32,661 bases of DNA from a virus (lineage: Duplodnaviria; Heunggongvirae; Uroviricota; Caudoviricetes): the IMG/VR virus record IMGVR_UViG_3300048593_000385; one strand, given 5' to 3'. The translations under genes and the position numbers were made by a program. Under the pieces are notes generated by a model that was not told the DNA's origin, searched no databases, and saw only the letters and a program-made list of their open reading frames with translations. Positions 14,636 through 23,227 of this stretch are shown piece by piece (the stretch's first letter is position 1; every line of letters begins with the position of its first letter).

Positions 14636-15970
14636 TTAGAAGAAATTCTCTAGAGAGTTTTCCATAACCTGATTGACGATTCCGTCCTCATCTTCAAGAC
14701 CTTTCGAGGCCAAGAAGTCACCCCACTCTTGGCTTTCCCACATCGAAGGCGAGACACCGTTCCAGAGTGGACGCTGCATAGGATGGTCTTTGTTTGTTCG
14801 ACGAGTCTCAACGAACTCGCGACGAGCCGACTCATACTGCCAAGATCTTAGATCTAGCATTTTTTCGCGGAAGTAGCAGACCAAAGAGATACGCTCAGCT
14901 TCTGCATTAGTTAGAACGATTGGGGTGTTCCCGTGAATAATTTCGTGATTGTTTACCAAAAGTAGATCTCCAGGACGGACGTTGACTGCAATCCTGAGTT
15001 CTGGAAAAACCAGATAGCCACCTGTATAATCACCCGATCCAACGACCAGCAGATTACTCAGACCACTATCAAGATCGCCAGCATCACGGTGCGCAGCAGT
15101 GCGGAATGATTTATTGACTGTGATTGTTGTAAAGACAGTCTCAGGAACAAGGAAGCGAGGGTCAATTTTATCTGCAGCTGCACGCTGATTGCTCCACTTC
15201 AAGGGAAGCAGTTCTTTGTAACCACGATTAAGTGACTGTAGAAACGGAAATGATTTTTCGAAAGTTTCGAAGTTCTTCTCGGTGAAAGAAGTGGCGCGAC
15301 CCCAAGGAATACGAGGATAGCGATCGTACCAGCCAGCAACACCAGAGAACACAGACTTAGCATAGTTCGTCACGCTGATCCACTGATCATGAACCAGTTT
15401 GGCCTGACGAATCTGTTCATCGTCAGATTGCTTGACCAGTTCGTAAGCCCACTTGTCGAACCAACCAAAATACTCTGGATACTTTTCGCAGACTTTGCTA
15501 CGAAGCCAGACCCGACCACGAGTTTCGTCGGACGGAGCATTGTTGCCATATTTGAGTTTGATTGTTTCAAGAGTTTCGTCGGCAACGATTGCGTTGCGAG
15601 GACGGAGAAACCAGCTAAGAACTTCTTCTTCGTAGTCAGTCACCCACTCGCGACCGCCACGATGTTCAGTCGACAGCATTTCGCCACGAGGTCCAGCTGC
15701 CAGTCCACGATTCTGACTTTCTACTGCAGCTTCGCGTAGACCAGCGTAAGCGCCATCCTGTTCTTCTTGACTGAAGAAGTTCTTGCGGAACTTAAATGCG
15801 ATGCGATTTTCATCTACACCATCTTCGGTGGAACCAGTAAGGGCAGAACCTGACGGAAAGTAACCATCATAATCTTCTTCAACTAGAAGATCGTAATGAC
15901 TCTCATCAAGAAACTGACCAAGTAAATGCTCGCAGTTGTGTTTTTCTGTGGCAACAATTACCTTTACCAT
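14636..15970 (-). CDS. TET/JBP-family 2OG-Fe(II) 5-methylpyrimidine dioxygenase
   Basis: FTTITVNKSFRTAAHRDAGD (HxD), GGYLVFPE, PGDLLL, IIHGNTPI (distal His), RISLVCYFRE (2OG-binding Arg); C-terminal SLENFF. Confidence 0.85.
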   Translation of the reverse strand: MVKVIVATEKHNCEHLLGQFLDESHYDLLVEEDYDGYFPSGSALTGSTEDGVDENRIAFKFRKNFFSQEEQDGAYAGLREAAVESQNRGLAAGPRGEMLSTEHRGGREWVTDYEEEVLSWFLRPRNAIVADETLETIKLKYGNNAPSDETRGRVWLRSKVCEKYPEYFGWFDKWAYELVKQSDDEQIRQAKLVHDQWISVTNYAKSVFSGVAGWYDRYPRIPWGRATSFTEKNFETFEKSFPFLQSLNRGYKELLPLKWSNQRAAADKIDPRFLVPETVFTTITVNKSFRTAAHRDAGDLDSGLSNLLVVGSGDYTGGYLVFPELRIAVNVRPGDLLLVNNHEIIHGNTPIVLTNAEAERISLVCYFREKMLDLRSWQYESARREFVETRRTNKDHPMQRPLWNGVSPSMWESQEWGDFLASKGLEDEDGIVNQVMENSLENFF

Positions 15971-15999
15971 AAATGTATATCTCCTTATTCAATTTACTC

Positions 16000-16028
16000 A
16001 TTATATATGCAAAGAGAAAAAATGTCAA
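16000..16028 (-). promoter_or_regulatory. perfect-consensus sigma70 promoter for the dioxygenase-GT pair (TTGACA-17-TATAAT)
   Basis: -35 at 16023-16028, -10 at 16000-16005; TAAGGAG RBS downstream. Confidence 0.85.
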
Positions 16029-16441
16029 GCACTTTCTTCATTTATAAATGAAGAATACGAAGTATCCCAAGGAAAGAGAACAGACTTCAAGTTAGGTTCC
16101 TCGTAGTTTGGACCCTTTTTAATTTTGCCATCTTCTCGGTAAAGTGGCTTCCCGTCTTCACCAAGCTTGGTCATATTTGACCGCTGGACTTCAGCAAAGC
16201 ATTTATCTAAATCAATACCGAATGCCAGACCAGCACCATAAGTGACATAGAGAATATCTGTAAGAGCATCAGCCACTTCAACAATATCATTGTCCTTGAG
16301 AGCTTCGCGAAGTTCTTTTAGTTCTTCGGCAATCAATTTTACTCTTAGAGCTTGAACATTTCGTTTGGGAAGTTTTGGAGTATCCTTTACTTCTTGTCCA
16401 AACACACTCATAAATTCACGAACCATATTAAAATTTGTCAT
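16025..16441 (-). CDS. MazG-like / PRA-PH-family all-alpha NTP pyrophosphohydrolase
   Basis: LIAEELKEL...EVADALTDILYVTYG, EVQRSNMTK, REDGKIKKG; start 16441 TAATG-coupled to regA. Confidence 0.85.
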   Translation of the reverse strand: MTNFNMVREFMSVFGQEVKDTPKLPKRNVQALRVKLIAEELKELREALKDNDIVEVADALTDILYVTYGAGLAFGIDLDKCFAEVQRSNMTKLGEDGKPLYREDGKIKKGPNYEEPNLKSVLFPWDTSYSSFINEESA

Positions 16442-16833
16442 TATTTCTTGTTTCCGATACTGTATTTCGCCAAGCACTGCCAATCACCCTTTTCCTTGTA
16501 GGAGATGATTTTAATGTGCGACACAGGAACAACAGGTTCCTTTGTCTTTTCTTTGTCAACAACCTCAATCAGACCCCATTCTTCAAGTAGATTGGCAATA
16601 GTATTTCTACGAGCCTCATCATTTTCACAGAAGTCTGTGTTCTTTTTACCATCAAGCAGGAACAATTCCTTGAAGTGCATGATGTAGTATTTGCCTTGTT
16701 TGTGTAGGATATGACAAGATTGATAGAGAGTGTTGTTCTTTTTTGAAGCAACCCCAATGCGTGTCAGTGTTTCCTTAACGAGAAGGAAATTATCTGGGTC
16801 TATGAGTTTAACCTCTACTAAATCTTCAATCAT
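16441..16833 (-). CDS. regA: translational repressor RegA
   Basis: FLLVKETLTRIGVAS, LYQSCHILHKQGKYYIMHFKELF. Confidence 0.96.
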   Translation of the reverse strand: MIEDLVEVKLIDPDNFLLVKETLTRIGVASKKNNTLYQSCHILHKQGKYYIMHFKELFLLDGKKNTDFCENDEARRNTIANLLEEWGLIEVVDKEKTKEPVVPVSHIKIISYKEKGDWQCLAKYSIGNKK

Positions 16834-16837
16834 ATTT

Positions 16838-17224
16838 TTATCCGCCAGTTTCGAGTTTCTTTTTTATATTCTGGATTTGTTCAACAGTAAGAACAGAGAG
16901 GGCTTCCTCAGCTCTCTTGATGCTGTACCCATAATATTGGGCAATATCTTTAGCATCTTGAGAAACAACTGTTTTTGCTTGCTTCGAAAACCTTTTCCTT
17001 CTATTTATTGAATTCAGAAAGTAGTCAAACTGTTGGATATTGGATAGATGGAAGTTCTTATTCATCTCGTTTGCATAAAGAACAGAGTCTTCAAAATAAG
17101 AAAGAGTCTTATTTGTTATCCAAGGATTATAATCCTTCTCTGCCAATTCTGGATTAGCTGAATTACGAATAATATCTTTCTTATTGTAAGAAACGTCAGT
17201 TATGTAGTCAAAGGGATTGCTCAT
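16838..17224 (-). CDS. 62: clamp loader small subunit (T4 gp62)
   Basis: YANEMN, QFDYFLNSI..RKRFSK, YYGYS; synteny 45-44-62-regA. Confidence 0.92.
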   Translation of the reverse strand: MSNPFDYITDVSYNKKDIIRNSANPELAEKDYNPWITNKTLSYFEDSVLYANEMNKNFHLSNIQQFDYFLNSINRRKRFSKQAKTVVSQDAKDIAQYYGYSIKRAEEALSVLTVEQIQNIKKKLETGG

Positions 17225-18159
17225 TTGAAGGAGCAGGTTGACATAATTTCCAGGAATGCTGCTGCCAGATTGATTTCTGCATTAGCAACAAACGCTGCCT
17301 GATACTGATATTTTGCCAGAATCAAAATAAGATCAGGAATACTGGATGGCACCATCAAGTCATAGGCTGCATCATATAGACTCTTGAAGAGAACATCAGA
17401 GTCGATGTCAGAGTTCTCGCCGACCCACTTACGAACAGCAGGGAAATCGCCATTCTTCATGAACCCGATGAGAGTCTTGAACGCTTCTTCCGAGAAGTTG
17501 GCTAGGATACCTTCATCGATGGCACCAGTAACCGAATAACGCTGAAGTTCGTTTAGAACACGACGCCAGTCTGGATAATGGCTGGTGATGACAGCAGCAA
17601 CAACCTTCTTGTCAAAGGGAACACCCTCGCCTTCAAGAATACCGCATGCACGCTTGAGGAACTGCGCAGCTAGGCTGGGCAGGTCGGCTTTCTTAATCTT
17701 GAAGTCGACAACCGAACAACGAGACTGAAGCGGATCAATGATACGATTCTTGAAGTTGCAGGTCATAATGAACCCACAGTTCGCCGAATATTCTTCCATG
17801 AAATTGCGGAGAGCTGGTTGGGTTGAGTTGGCATTCAGATAGTCAGCCTCGTCGAGAATGACATACTTGCGACCGCCAGTGAAACTGACAGCCGATGCAT
17901 AGTTACGAATTTCGTTTCGAAGAACGTCAATGTTACCATTCATTGAGCCATTGATCACGATATAATCGCAACCAAGTTCTTCGAGCATAGCCTTGGCTAT
18001 CGTAGTCTTACCGCAACCAGCAGGGCCAGAAAGAAGAAGATTAGGTACATTTTTTTGGTTTACAAACTCCTGGAAAGTTTTCTTCAGTGTATCGGGAAGG
18101 ATACAGTCGTCAACGGTCTTAGGGCGATACTTCTCGACCCAAAGGAAATCTTCGCTCAT
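17221..18159 (-). CDS. 44: clamp loader large subunit (T4 gp44)
   Basis: LWVEKYRP, GPAGCGKTT, ILDEAD, LQSRC. Confidence 0.96.
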   Translation of the reverse strand: MSEDFLWVEKYRPKTVDDCILPDTLKKTFQEFVNQKNVPNLLLSGPAGCGKTTIAKAMLEELGCDYIVINGSMNGNIDVLRNEIRNYASAVSFTGGRKYVILDEADYLNANSTQPALRNFMEEYSANCGFIMTCNFKNRIIDPLQSRCSVVDFKIKKADLPSLAAQFLKRACGILEGEGVPFDKKVVAAVITSHYPDWRRVLNELQRYSVTGAIDEGILANFSEEAFKTLIGFMKNGDFPAVRKWVGENSDIDSDVLFKSLYDAAYDLMVPSSIPDLILILAKYQYQAAFVANAEINLAAAFLEIMSTCSFK

Positions 18160-18184
18160 AATATATCTCCATCACAAAAAATAA

Positions 18185-18246
18185 TCCCGATCGGGAAGTT
18201 TTAGTCCAGATTTTCTTGCATGGACCAAAATATTCCCGATCGGGAA
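18185..18246. repeat. ~62-bp inverted-repeat element bounded by two TCCCGATCGGGA palindromes
   Basis: TCCCGATCGGGA at 18185-18196 and TTCCCGATCGGGAA at 18233-18246, with an internal GTCCA...TGGAC pair. Confidence 0.85.
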
Positions 18247-18255
18247 GGTTCACAA

Positions 18256-18915
18256 TTAAGCGAAAGTTGAATTGCTCTCAGTTGCAATCCAATAAACTAC
18301 GCTGTCAGAAGAGAAGCGAGAGATCTTCTTGCTCGATACTTCAACGCTATAGTTGCCAGGAAGAATCTTCGAAAGATATTCAGGCTTAAACACAGCGGTA
18401 AATTCTCTATCGCAAGTTCCAAGTTCTTCATTGAATTGATCACAACCAACATCCTTGCTCGCAAAGGCACGCATATACAGCTTTCCACCTTCGCCAACGA
18501 TGGCAATTTCAGGAAGCTGAAGAACACCAGTTGCCTTGACCACCGAGCTAAGAGCTTCTTGCGTCAGATTAAAGACAACCTCTGCTTCAGGAAACTGAAT
18601 TTCCTTGGCAGGTGCAGCAACGATGACATTTTCTTGGCAGAAGCGATACACAACCTTCTGCTTGCCACCCTTGATGATCACAGCGCTGTCATCAAATTCC
18701 AGTTCTGGATCCTTAAACAAAGAAATAACTGACAGGAATCGGTTGAGATCATAGATACAGAAGGACTTTTCGAAATTATCTGAGATAGTTGCCTTCGAGA
18801 GCAGAGTCTTGAGTGGCGAGATAGTCGAAAGAGTATTTCCTTCTGTAATCTTGATGCCTTGGTTAATAGAGGCAAAGTTCTTAAGAACAGACAGGGTATT
18901 TTCACTTAACTTCAT
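18256..18915 (-). CDS. 45: sliding clamp (T4 gp45)
   Basis: MKLSENTLSVLKNFASINQ, IYDLNRFL, YWIATE; a GGAG RBS favours ATG 18915. Confidence 0.95.
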   Translation of the reverse strand: MKLSENTLSVLKNFASINQGIKITEGNTLSTISPLKTLLSKATISDNFEKSFCIYDLNRFLSVISLFKDPELEFDDSAVIIKGGKQKVVYRFCQENVIVAAPAKEIQFPEAEVVFNLTQEALSSVVKATGVLQLPEIAIVGEGGKLYMRAFASKDVGCDQFNEELGTCDREFTAVFKPEYLSKILPGNYSVEVSSKKISRFSSDSVVYWIATESNSTFA

Positions 18916-18950
18916 AATATTATTCTCCATAATTAATCAACGGTAAAATC

Positions 18951-18979
18951 ACTATACTATACTTTTATTAAAATGTCAA
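18951..18979 (-). promoter_or_regulatory. sigma70-type promoter for gp45 (TTGACA-17-TATAGT)
   Basis: Near-consensus hexamers with 17-bp spacing. Confidence 0.8.
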
Positions 18980-19938
18980 GCCTTTTTTCCTAGCTTGGCA
19001 GGATCAGCTGTTGCCGAAACACCGATCGAGGCAATGTCAGCAAGCGAGCCACCGAAGGTATACGAACCAGTGTGAGCCAACTTGATCCATGGGCAGAGCC
19101 AGACCTTAATTCCAACGCGACGTGCCCATTGACAGAACATATAGTCTTCAGACAGATAACGCTTGGAATACTTATGGCCAAAGACAGAATTCTCAACATC
19201 ATCGATGAAGTCAATAACATCCTGGGGCTTGGCCTTTGGATTCTGCTTGAAGAACTCGCGAATTTCTGTACGGATCTGAGCATGCTTATTATCAACCAGA
19301 GCATCAAAGAACACGTGGATTTCACGGCTACCATCAAACGCAGCAGTGCGAACGTGGTCAGGCTTGTATGTCAGTTCTGGGTACGAATCGCGGAACTTTT
19401 CGAGAGCCGAACGGCGAATCATCATAAAGCCAGTGCCCGACTCGAGAACTTCTTCAGGCTGGTCGAGACGGATTTCGCCCTTGCCATTGGCAGGATTGAA
19501 AACATAATCACCAACAAATTTCTCAAGAACATTAGGATCTTGATCAGCAGCACCGAGGTCACAAGCAGCCTTAATCTTTTCCCAGCTGATGCACTTCTTG
19601 GGGTAAGGTGCACACATAATGTCATATTCGGATTCTTCTGCCATCAGAGCAAGCATACCGATAACATCATTGGCATCAAAAGTAATATCCGAGTCAATAA
19701 ACAGCATATGGCTGCAATCAGAACGGAGAAACTCATCTGCGCAGTAGTTACGAGCGCGAGTGATCAACGATTCGTTGAAGAGATAATAGAATCGAACTTG
19801 GATTCCATAATGAGCAGCAAGAGCTGTCAAGTCATTTGAGGATTTGGCGAAGTTGCCGTAGCACATGCCGCCATACATTGGGACAGCAACCAGAAGTGAT
19901 CGCTGGCGTAATTGATTGATATCAACTGAAATTTCCAT
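18976..19938 (-). CDS. GT-A-fold putative glycosyltransferase
   Basis: VAVPMYGG, ESLITRARN, MLFIDSDI (DxD), GTGFMMI, YLSEDYMFC, LAHTG. Confidence 0.7.
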   Translation of the reverse strand: MEISVDINQLRQRSLLVAVPMYGGMCYGNFAKSSNDLTALAAHYGIQVRFYYLFNESLITRARNYCADEFLRSDCSHMLFIDSDITFDANDVIGMLALMAEESEYDIMCAPYPKKCISWEKIKAACDLGAADQDPNVLEKFVGDYVFNPANGKGEIRLDQPEEVLESGTGFMMIRRSALEKFRDSYPELTYKPDHVRTAAFDGSREIHVFFDALVDNKHAQIRTEIREFFKQNPKAKPQDVIDFIDDVENSVFGHKYSKRYLSEDYMFCQWARRVGIKVWLCPWIKLAHTGSYTFGGSLADIASIGVSATADPAKLGKKA

Positions 19939-19944
19939 ATTTTA

Positions 19945-20574
19945 TTATACCTTTAAATTAACGTCGACGTTGAGATTGATAGCTTGGCCAGCTTTTGCAT
20001 AAGCTACAGTTGAGCTTGTGAGATCTGCTTGCATAGCAGTACGTTGTATTTGATTAGAGAAGTCTACGTTACGCATCTTAGTAGATGCGAGACCAGAACC
20101 TGCTGTGTATTGAGATACGTCGAAGTTTGCACCAAGGAACACTACTTCCCACTTTAGCTTTTCAAGTAGCTTGACCTTTTCCTTGATCTTGGCTTGGTTG
20201 TATTCCTTTGAAGAGTTTTCTTTGCCGTCAGTCATGATAACAACGACAGTACGCTCGGCGTTGTTTTCGAGTGCTCGATCCATCACATTCGCTGCAGCAT
20301 CGAACAGTGGTGTCATACCTGAAGGCGAGACTACATCGTGCGCCAGAGGCTCGTAGTATGCGATAGACTGGTTTTCTACCAGCTCTTCGAGACGCACCGA
20401 AGTGCCGTTCGTATCGAAAGCGGTCACGTTAACGTTGCCTTCGATCTTTTCTTTCTTTAGACCATTAATATATTCATTGATAGAATCGATAGCATGTGTC
20501 CATCGTTCGCCAGACATAGAGCCTGAGCGATCGAGTGCGACATATACCGATAGAGGCTTATTCTTTTTTGCCAT
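19945..20574 (-). CDS. stand-alone von Willebrand factor A domain protein
   Basis: MIDAS DRSGSM, GMTPLFDA, IMTDGKENSS, FLGAN. Confidence 0.88.
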   Translation of the reverse strand: MAKKNKPLSVYVALDRSGSMSGERWTHAIDSINEYINGLKKEKIEGNVNVTAFDTNGTSVRLEELVENQSIAYYEPLAHDVVSPSGMTPLFDAAANVMDRALENNAERTVVVIMTDGKENSSKEYNQAKIKEKVKLLEKLKWEVVFLGANFDVSQYTAGSGLASTKMRNVDFSNQIQRTAMQADLTSSTVAYAKAGQAINLNVDVNLKV

Positions 20575-20576
20575 AA

Positions 20577-20900
20577 TTAATCCTTATGTTCAGTGTCGTG
20601 TACGTGGAGTTGCATGATGGCGTAGTGAATAACCTTCATAAGATCTTTTCGCCATTCTTTTGGGTCGCCCTTGCGACCATATCGTTGCGTGTACTTCATC
20701 ATGTTCCCGATATTGAAACCAGTGCCATGACCAGCATCAATAATGAATTCTGTTGCTTGGAATTTATTTCGGGAATAATGCTGAGCGTAAGTAGCATCGA
20801 CGTAAGACTTAATCTCTTTGAGAGTTTCGCCTTCGTTGTATTTATAGTTTGTTGGAGGAAGAGCATCCACCAAATTCAATGTAGTTTTCAATTTATCCAT
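20577..20900 (-). CDS. DUF3310-like conserved T4-like phage protein (possible nucleotide-handling enzyme)
   Basis: TYAQHYS, GFNIGNMMKYTQRYGRKG, DLMKVIHYA. Confidence 0.65.
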   Translation of the reverse strand: MDKLKTTLNLVDALPPTNYKYNEGETLKEIKSYVDATYAQHYSRNKFQATEFIIDAGHGTGFNIGNMMKYTQRYGRKGDPKEWRKDLMKVIHYAIMQLHVHDTEHKD

Positions 20901-21381
20901 TATTCGCTTTCTTCATCTTCTTTTTGAAATACATTTCACGTTTCAACTTAGACAAATGATCGAACATGTTCTTGCCCATCATATGGTCATATTCATGTTG
21001 AAACACCCGAGCAGTCATACCCTCAAACCTTTGAGTATGACCTTTACCATTAACCTGAATAAATCGAGCAATAATCCAAACAGGACGCTTGACCTTTACT
21101 AGATCTCCAGGAAAAGAGAGACACCCTTCTTCCAACTCAATTGTTTCTTCTGAAACTTCGAGAATCTTTGGATTGATGATGACAACAGGAGTTTCTGTGA
21201 ACATCGTAAAGATTTGAAGGGGAATGCCAACCTGATTGGCAGAGAGACCTAACCCACGATTCTCATGCATGGTTTCGATTAGGTCGTTGGAAAATTGTTG
21301 AATATCTAATTGCGGACTTATGAAGTTAAACTTCTCGCATTCTTGTCTCAAAACTGGATCATTACTATCAACCAATTTCAT
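20893..21381 (-). CDS. def: peptide deformylase
   Basis: GLGLSANQVG, EGCLS, QHEYDH. Confidence 0.95.
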   Translation of the reverse strand: MKLVDSNDPVLRQECEKFNFISPQLDIQQFSNDLIETMHENRGLGLSANQVGIPLQIFTMFTETPVVIINPKILEVSEETIELEEGCLSFPGDLVKVKRPVWIIARFIQVNGKGHTQRFEGMTARVFQHEYDHMMGKNMFDHLSKLKREMYFKKKMKKANNG

Positions 21382-21518
21382 TTTATAATCCTATCAAAGT
21401 TTAGTTTTGTCATTCTACTGATTGCCACGCGATACTTTCTGAGTAGTACCATTTCTTCTTTTGAATACTGCTGGAACCAATACCACTTGTCGTCTTTTTT
21501 CTCGACCCATTGGTTCAT
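21378..21518 (-). CDS. 46-aa hypothetical protein absent from the ORF track
   Basis: MNQWVEKKDDKWYWFQQYSKEEMVLLRKYRVAISRMTKLNFDRIIK*; ATGA overlaps with gp46 and def exactly bridge the gap. Confidence 0.65.
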   Translation of the reverse strand: MNQWVEKKDDKWYWFQQYSKEEMVLLRKYRVAISRMTKLNFDRIIK

Positions 21519-23227
21519 GCGGCAATCCTACTAAAGTCCTTCACCTTCTCGAATCGAATGATATTGGTGAATTTGTCCATCATACTTTCTTTGTGGCTGA
21601 TGATGAAAACATTGCTGTCGCCAGAGATGCTCTCAATAATTGTAGCCAGCTGTTCAATACCATTCACATCAAGAGACGAGTCAAAGATTTCATCCATGAT
21701 CAAGAGATTGGCATTAGAACTGTTGCGCATCTTAGCAATTGCTCTCCATGTGAAGAGGATGGCCAGATCGAGTTTCTGCTTTTCGCCCTCAGAGAAGGAA
21801 GCATAAGAGAACACATCACGAAACCTTGAGCGGATTGTTTCATCGAAGTTTTCATCCAGTTCGAATCCGACTGGGAGTTCCATAATCGCAAGATACTTGT
21901 TGATCAACTTATTGATAACTGGAATATATTGCTTGATGATTTTGGCTTTGATTCCACCATCCTTCAGGAGAACAGCCGCAACATCAAAGACTTCCTTATC
22001 AATAAGGAGTTCTTCGCGAAGCTTCTCTTTCTGTTTCCATTCAGCCTTAAGATTCTCGAGTTCTGCAACCTCAAAAGAATCGTCAGTGTTTTTGTTTTGG
22101 AGGAGAGCGAGTTCTTTCTTCGCACCATTTATATAGGAGTTTCCGCTGGAAATATGTCCATTATATTCAGATATTTTTCTCTGAATGGCAGCAATATCTA
22201 AAAGAATTCCACCAATAACAGTGACTCGCGCATCTACTTCTGCTAGCTGAGTTTCTAGAAGAGCACGTGCATCCTGAGTCTCAACCAAAGATTTGCGCTT
22301 GGCTTCAACAGTCTCGTCTTTAAACTCATGCGCGATGCCTTGCTTGCAAGTTGGACAGCTGTCGTTGTCATGATAGAACGAGATCTCAGTAGTCAGCTTC
22401 TTAATCTTGTCATTCAATGCTCGCACCAGCCCAACTGCTGTTTCGCGCTTTTTGGTAGCAGATTCTTGGTCTGCGATAGAGTTGCGCAGCTCAATTTCTT
22501 CGCGCATCTTATCTTGAATAAGAGCTTCGTAGTCATTAATCTTAATCTCTGCTTCGGCAATCTTGTTCTCAAGTTCTTTGACTTGATCATCATTACTCTT
22601 GCGAATTCGCTTCAGCATGTCACGATGAAGAACAATCTTCTCTTGGATCAAATCAATTTGATACTTGACTTCCTGAACATCAGCCTTGTTCTTAGTCACC
22701 TTCTCTTTGAGTAGAGTATTCATTGTCGAGAAGATCTGAATATCGAGCAGGTCTTCGATAATCTCACGACGCTGCCAAGTCGGCAGCTGCATGAACGGAA
22801 CAAAGGTTGACGAGCCAAGAATAATAATCTGACAGAAACTCTTGTGGTTCAACTTCAGAATAGTTTTCTCGAGGACTTCTTGATAGTCCCGAGCAGCTGC
22901 ATCCTGATTGAGCAGCACTTCATCCTGCCAGATTTCGAAGATTGTTGGTTTGATACCACGACGAATCAGATATTGCTTGGTGCCAACAGCAAACTCAACC
23001 TCGACATGAAGATTCTTGCTGTTGATGGTGTTGATCAGCTGTGGCTTGTTGATCTTGCGAAATGGTTTCCCAAACAATGCGAACGACAAGGCATCAAGGA
23101 ATGTTGACTTGCCGCTACCATTTTGTCCAATAACCAAAGTGGTTGGATTTTGGAGCAGGTCGATCTCGGTAAATGTATTACCTGTCGATAGAATGTTTTT
23201 ATATCTTATCTTTTTAAATAGGATCAT
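21515..23227 (-). CDS. 46: Rad50/SbcC-like recombination ATPase (T4 gp46)
   Basis: GQNGSGKST, Zn hook CPTC, FSEGEK, IMDEIFD, ISH. Confidence 0.96.
   Translation of the reverse strand: MILFKKIRYKNILSTGNTFTEIDLLQNPTTLVIGQNGSGKSTFLDALSFALFGKPFRKINKPQLINTINSKNLHVEVEFAVGTKQYLIRRGIKPTIFEIWQDEVLLNQDAAARDYQEVLEKTILKLNHKSFCQIIILGSSTFVPFMQLPTWQRREIIEDLLDIQIFSTMNTLLKEKVTKNKADVQEVKYQIDLIQEKIVLHRDMLKRIRKSNDDQVKELENKIAEAEIKINDYEALIQDKMREEIELRNSIADQESATKKRETAVGLVRALNDKIKKLTTEISFYHDNDSCPTCKQGIAHEFKDETVEAKRKSLVETQDARALLETQLAEVDARVTVIGGILLDIAAIQRKISEYNGHISSGNSYINGAKKELALLQNKNTDDSFEVAELENLKAEWKQKEKLREELLIDKEVFDVAAVLLKDGGIKAKIIKQYIPVINKLINKYLAIMELPVGFELDENFDETIRSRFRDVFSYASFSEGEKQKLDLAILFTWRAIAKMRNSSNANLLIMDEIFDSSLDVNGIEQLATIIESISGDSNVFIISHKESMMDKFTNIIRFEKVKDFSRIAA

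Noticed and set aside
14636-15970. Calling the 444-aa protein a T4-type alpha/beta-glucosyltransferase because of its position
   Set aside because: It has HxD...H...R double-stranded beta-helix dioxygenase motifs and no GT-B features.
19072-19839. 255-aa + strand ORF (and similar long antisense ORFs such as 14068-14667, 7665-8201, 3721-4248, 8262-8726)
   Set aside because: They lie wholly opposite well-supported - strand genes, lack RBS and motifs, and look like codon-bias shadows.
20839-20846. TATAAATA inside the DUF3310-like gene
   Set aside because: Explained by Tyr-Lys-Tyr codons and far from the next start codon; not supportable as a promoter.
20893-21381. Peptide deformylase and Hsp20 as novel auxiliary genes
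   Set aside because: Both are well-known components of T4-like phages of aquatic bacteria.
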